Positions 61,301 to 64,000 of a stretch of 64,000 bases of DNA are shown one piece after another; positions within the stretch are counted from its first letter, which is position 1, and the number at the start of each line of letters is the position of its first letter. The stretch is taken from positions 829,936-893,935 of the forward strand of contig NW_004797392.1 in NCBI RefSeq assembly GCF_000002075.1. The letters run 5' to 3'. The notes beneath the pieces were generated by a model. The model saw only the letters and a list, made by a program, of their open reading frames with translations, ran no database searches and was not told the DNA's origin. The stretch comes from Aplysia californica (lineage: Eukaryota). The translations under genes and the position numbers were made by a program.

Positions 61301-63522
61301 AGATATGGGGCACAAAGTAGTACTTTCAAAACAAACTTCAAAATGTTAAGTAAGACCTTGCAGATCACCAACATCAGGGTGTAATGGTTGGGCGCATATT
61401 CATCGCACACAGAACATATGAGTTTGATTCCAGAACATATGAGTTTGATTCCCATATGGGCAAGATGTGCTATCCAGTTTCTCAGTCTGTAGGCTGGGAT
61501 GTTGTATCCCTTTCATCTGGGTTGGTTGGCCTTGCAGACTGGACTGAAGCAGCCTATCTCCTAAATGATCTAAATTATATCGATGGCGGAGTAAAACATC
61601 TACATTTACAATAGCAACCTTCTTGATCAACTCAAAAAGAGGATGGAAACAAAATATATGAACATTATGGTAGTGTTGGCTGTCTGTTGTTCTTTGTTAG
61701 TCTGAGCGCTGGGCTTCAAGGTACCGCTTCCTCAGGTACCATAAGCTTTATGACCTCTACTTAAGGCATTTAACTAAGATAGGAGAGTTCATGGTGTGGA
61801 AACCAAGGCTTTGAATTTGAGTAAGTCGTAGCGTAAATGCGGGGTAGAAAGGATGTAGAAACTTTTGTGAGTGCCTTCTTATAGTGAATAAAACTACAGT
61901 TCTTGAACTCTGTGTTTGTTTTAATCTCAGTATACCTTAATAAATTCACACAAGGACACCACAATTATGATTTCCCTCAATCCTCACCGAGCCACTGCAG
62001 CATGTGATGACCTGCTTGAACTCCGGGTTATACTTGCAGCACGTCACCGGGTCTTTGTGAGTGATTACCATGTCTGCATTCAGCATGGCCCTGGCCGGGG
62101 AGGTTGGGGGGGGGGGAGGGAGGGGAGAATAGGTCATTATCAGAGAGGAACCAACTGGTAACTGAGTAATCTTCACAGATGGCTCTAAATCGGACTCAGC
62201 TGTGGTGCCGCCGCCCTGTCCTCAAAAAGTACACATCAGAGGAGACTCCATCCCGAAGCTTCCATTTTCTCTGTGGAGGCCACTGCCATTGACGTGGCAT
62301 TGGACTCCGTACAAAAATCCCTTAAAACATCCTTTTTTTATTCTGTCTGATTCCCTGTAGTGCATCACCTCACTCATAATTGCCGATGTCTGTTGCAGAT
62401 TTGGCACTTGATGATGATGAGGGACGAACCCATCTAAAAGGTATACTGTTGATACCCATCTCACATGGGATGCATATCTTTGTTAAGCATTTTTGGCTAG
62501 ATGTAGTGCTACTGCTGACAAAAAATTATTATTTCATGCCACTCGTGGAGCAATGAGCTTTGTTTTCTATGACATACACAAACATTGAAGAAGCATACCT
62601 TTTATGTGTTTTCGAAGTGAGCAGAATAGTGAAGTTTCAGGAGAAATTCAAAAGAAGGTCACCCACAATCAAAGAGAAAAATGCTTGCCCTAGACAGGTT
62701 AGCGTCTTGAACATTGTCATGATGGTGTAGAAAAAATACAAGGGAGGAAATTGAGAGAATTCTTTTGTACAGGTGATTGTTCTTGGACAGGTGACCATTA
62801 ATGCAGGTTTGACTGTACCTTTTCCTGTATAACATGTCAATTATTGCCACAGTATGCATCTCATTAAAAAAAACATGCATTCTCAGCTTTCATCTGATTC
62901 TTTTTACCCCACTTGTTCTCTGCAGATCTCATAAACAAAAACATCCATTCTAAGCTTTCATCTGTTCTCTTGCTCTCCACAGTTCAAGCGAGTGTTCATC
63001 TCCCTTTCACTCTGGTTATAAGAATAAAAGAAAACCTATTTTCAATTTTATCGCTGCCTTCACCACTTGTGTATCAAATCAAACAGAATCATAAGACACA
63101 AATGTAGTGCGTGCTGAACAAAAATGAGTTACTTCTCCGATTTGAGCCCTATGGAAATAGATATATCATGCTAATAGGTGAAGTTTTTACAATTGTATGA
63201 AATAATAAAAGGCATGTTATACTTTAAAAATATAGCATCAAAAGAAAATCTACAAATTTGAATCCAGGATTTATTTTTGGCCAATATCTGGATTTGTGGA
63301 CTGCGAGAAGTATCTCATTTCGTCAGCACACCTCTCATTAATCTCCGACAGGAGAAAGAAAGCTACTCACTTATGTCTCAGGTTGAGGATGGCCATTTGG
63401 TCTGTCGCTACTGCCAAGGAACGGGAGATGGATGAGTAGTGGATGGCCTGGAGGTCTCCGCGGATCTTGTGACTTTTGGGACGGATGGCAAGGAGACATG
63501 TGTGGTCTTGGATATCCCACAC
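49242..63522 (-). CDS. WD40-repeat protein of the WDR49(CFAP337)/WDR64/WDR95/WDY family, 3' portion (5' exons lie beyond the window end)
   Basis: Exons 63522-63371, 62090-61988, 60694-60588, 59791-59694, 58973-58919, 57964-57853, 56837-56675, 55871-55720, 54686-54542, 53676-53548, 52038-51863, 51429-51311, 49398-49242(TGA); phases consistent. WD repeats: THKDPVTCCKYNPEFKQVITC..VIKLWD, AHGEEAITCMTFD..RLITGGRDGILRIWN, GHKEDV..LLATASYDGEVIVWN, WRGHVESVSSM..LITASNDCTVRLWT..GTLGQ. Confidence 0.9.
49750..50175 (-). mobile_element. tRNA-derived SINE with Deu/Nin-like central domain
   Basis: Minus-strand head tggtctagagg (A-box) and gttcaaatcc (B-box) at about 50090-50175; central block (minus) ..tgagggcgaaaaatctcggagatcctgtg..cacattaaagatcc resembles the Deu/Nin consensus as I recall it. 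Confidence 0.55.
50690..51060 (+). mobile_element. RTE-clade LINE 3' fragment
   Basis: HISNAEVR..; KTIIQGTVQGKRKRERQRRRWDDNITEWTG..AEDREKWR; (AAG)-rich tail. Confidence 0.85.
51311..51429 (-). CDS. WD40 gene exon SPRSVSPQVTYGMKQTYVVDDDMIKAMLESRPFDTGTGKR
   Basis: CAG/GTAGGC. Confidence 0.83.
51863..52038 (-). CDS. WD40 gene exon GTLGQPEQWDLHNPATYQHPMVPYDVLVDPMSLP...DDSK
   Basis: CAG/GTAATG. Confidence 0.88.
52068..52423. mobile_element. piggyBac-like MITE (separate family)
   Basis: ttaa-ccctttttgagcaatac ... gtatggtgctaagaggg-ttga imperfect TIR. Confidence 0.6.
53548..53676 (-). CDS. WD40 gene exon LRKWRGHVESVSSMDLVESSNVLITASNDCTVRLWTTEGHYV
   Basis: CAG/GTACGT. Confidence 0.92.
53705..53952. 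mobile_element. piggyBac-like MITE family P, copy 2
   Basis: ttaa-ccctatccgtacg ... gtacagataggg-ttat. Confidence 0.85.
54542..54686 (-). CDS. WD40 gene exon SKVKGGMVSHLL...DSFGFIYVWDIATYCLTEPAVQPPE
   Basis: CAG/GTATGT. Confidence 0.9.
55720..55871 (-). CDS. WD40 gene exon DGDLSISKLMFLHTRAYKKDAGTLVASGPRAHIHVWNVFQGGSLMAQFEG
   Basis: CAG/GTAAGT. Confidence 0.9.
56675..56837 (-). CDS. WD40 gene exon RDGHKEDVMAVAQCLPNLLATASYDGEVIVWNMVSGHIFCHL...
   Basis: CAG/GTAGGT. Confidence 0.9.
57148..57320 (-). mobile_element. SINE family A 3' fragment with (TAA)n tail
   Basis: cagcagacctga..gcattctgaaacaa..ctgggaagcatacagtgcaagc homology. Confidence 0.75.
57580..57828. mobile_element. piggyBac-like MITE family P, copy 3
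   Basis: ttaaaccctatccgtacg ... ggataaggttaa. Confidence 0.85.
57853..57964 (-). CDS. WD40 gene exon YVISVGWDRRINIYYDSYNDNNIHHVQHPTPYWNDDI
   Basis: CAG/GTAAGT. Confidence 0.9.
58919..58973 (-). CDS. WD40 gene exon ESSSDEICDVTYIEMNKNR
   Basis: CAG/GTGAGT. Confidence 0.85.
59694..59791 (-). CDS. WD40 gene exon LITGGRDGILRIWNYNNGHCLRVLKKKGKSDS
   Basis: CAG/GTGGGT (donor position slightly uncertain). Confidence 0.85.
60588..60694 (-). CDS. WD40 gene exon VIKLWDFETGSAIFEFGEAHGEEAITCMTFDNTGRR
   Basis: CAG/GTCAGC. Confidence 0.9.
61988..62090 (-). CDS. WD40 gene exon AMLNADMVITHKDPVTCCKYNPEFKQVITCCSGS
   Basis: CAG/GTGAGG. Confidence 0.9.
63106..63337. mobile_element. MITE family S copy
   Basis: Homologous to 18131-18362. 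Confidence 0.75.
63371..63522 (-). CDS. WD40 gene exon VWDIQDHTCLLAIRPKSHKIRGDLQ...LNLRHK
   Basis: CAG/GTGAGT. Confidence 0.88.
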
Positions 63523-63831
63523 CTGATCAAACAGAACCCATAAGTCAAACAACAAAATATAGTCTGACATTTCAGGTTCTTTTATGGGGCCTTCAGGGAA
63601 TTTGTCTTAACAAACTACAATACTGTCCTAAGCTGACAAAATACCTGTTTTAATTTTTTGCACACAATTATAAAATTTGCTAAATCGATAGCCTGATTAG
63701 TTACCTTACTTGTGTGAAAAAATCAAAGTAAAACTGTGACTAGTTTTTTAATAGATTAGAATTCAAATTTCGGAAGAACACCTTTTTAAAATGGTAACAT
63801 TGAGAAAACATCTTTTTATCTCAAAACTGTT

Positions 63832-64000
63832 GTGGCGTCGGTGGCCTAGTGGTTAGTGGTTAGGCTCTCGGACTCGCAACCGTAAGGTCGTGGGTTCGAA
63901 TCCCGTCAAGGGCCCGACGTTGTGTCCTTGGGAAAGGCACTTTACACGAATTTTCCTCACTTCACCCAGGTGGGAATGGGTACCCGGCTATAGACAGCGA
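63832..64000 (+). mobile_element. tRNA-derived SINE (family A), 5' part, truncated by the window end
   Basis: A-box TGGCCTAGTGG, B-box GGTTCGAATCC, then body gtgtccttgggaaaggcactttacacgaattttcctcac..cacccaggtgggaatgggtacccgg, matching the minus-strand copy at 33487-33845. Confidence 0.85.

Noticed and set aside
62180-62464. Extra or alternative WD40 exon in a moderately GC-rich intronic stretch
   Set aside because: The frames I checked are interrupted by stops and the flanking exons already join in phase; it remains unexplained sequence.
63832-63910. Bona fide tRNA gene
   Set aside because: It has a duplicated tggttag in the D-arm and runs directly into a repeat body shared with several dispersed copies, so it is a SINE head.

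Overview
Eukaryotic (animal) genomic DNA, AT-rich and repeat-rich, with six N-gaps. It is most likely a spiralian such as a mollusc; this is inferred from the repeat repertoire only. Almost all ORFs in the supplied track are spurious. I assembled three intron-rich genes by hand from GT-AG splice sites with consistent phases. (1) A minus-strand kinesin-superfamily gene of about 702 aa (23 confident exons 27449->3762, plus a putative ATG-only first exon at 28518-28516). Its frame is intact, but switch I and loop 11 are degenerate, it has a kinesin-3-like neck, and it has no FHA domain. (2) Head-to-head with it, a plus-strand OCIAD1/asrij gene (8 coding exons, 29752-41965, 282 aa). (3) The 3' 13 exons of a minus-strand WD40 gene of the WDR49(CFAP337)/WDR64/WDR95/WDY family (63522->49242, continuing beyond the window). 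Introns hold tRNA-derived SINEs with L2-type tails, a Deu/Nin-type SINE, RTE LINE fragments, several MITE families (TTAA/piggyBac-like, TA/Tc1-pogo-like, 9-bp-TSD Mutator-like), minisatellites and microsatellites. The most notable observations are the candidate pseudo-ATPase kinesin, palindromic (TCTAGA)n arrays bracketing the bidirectional promoter, and an apparent filled/empty allele pair of a MITE carrying duplicated ETS+YY1-like motifs.
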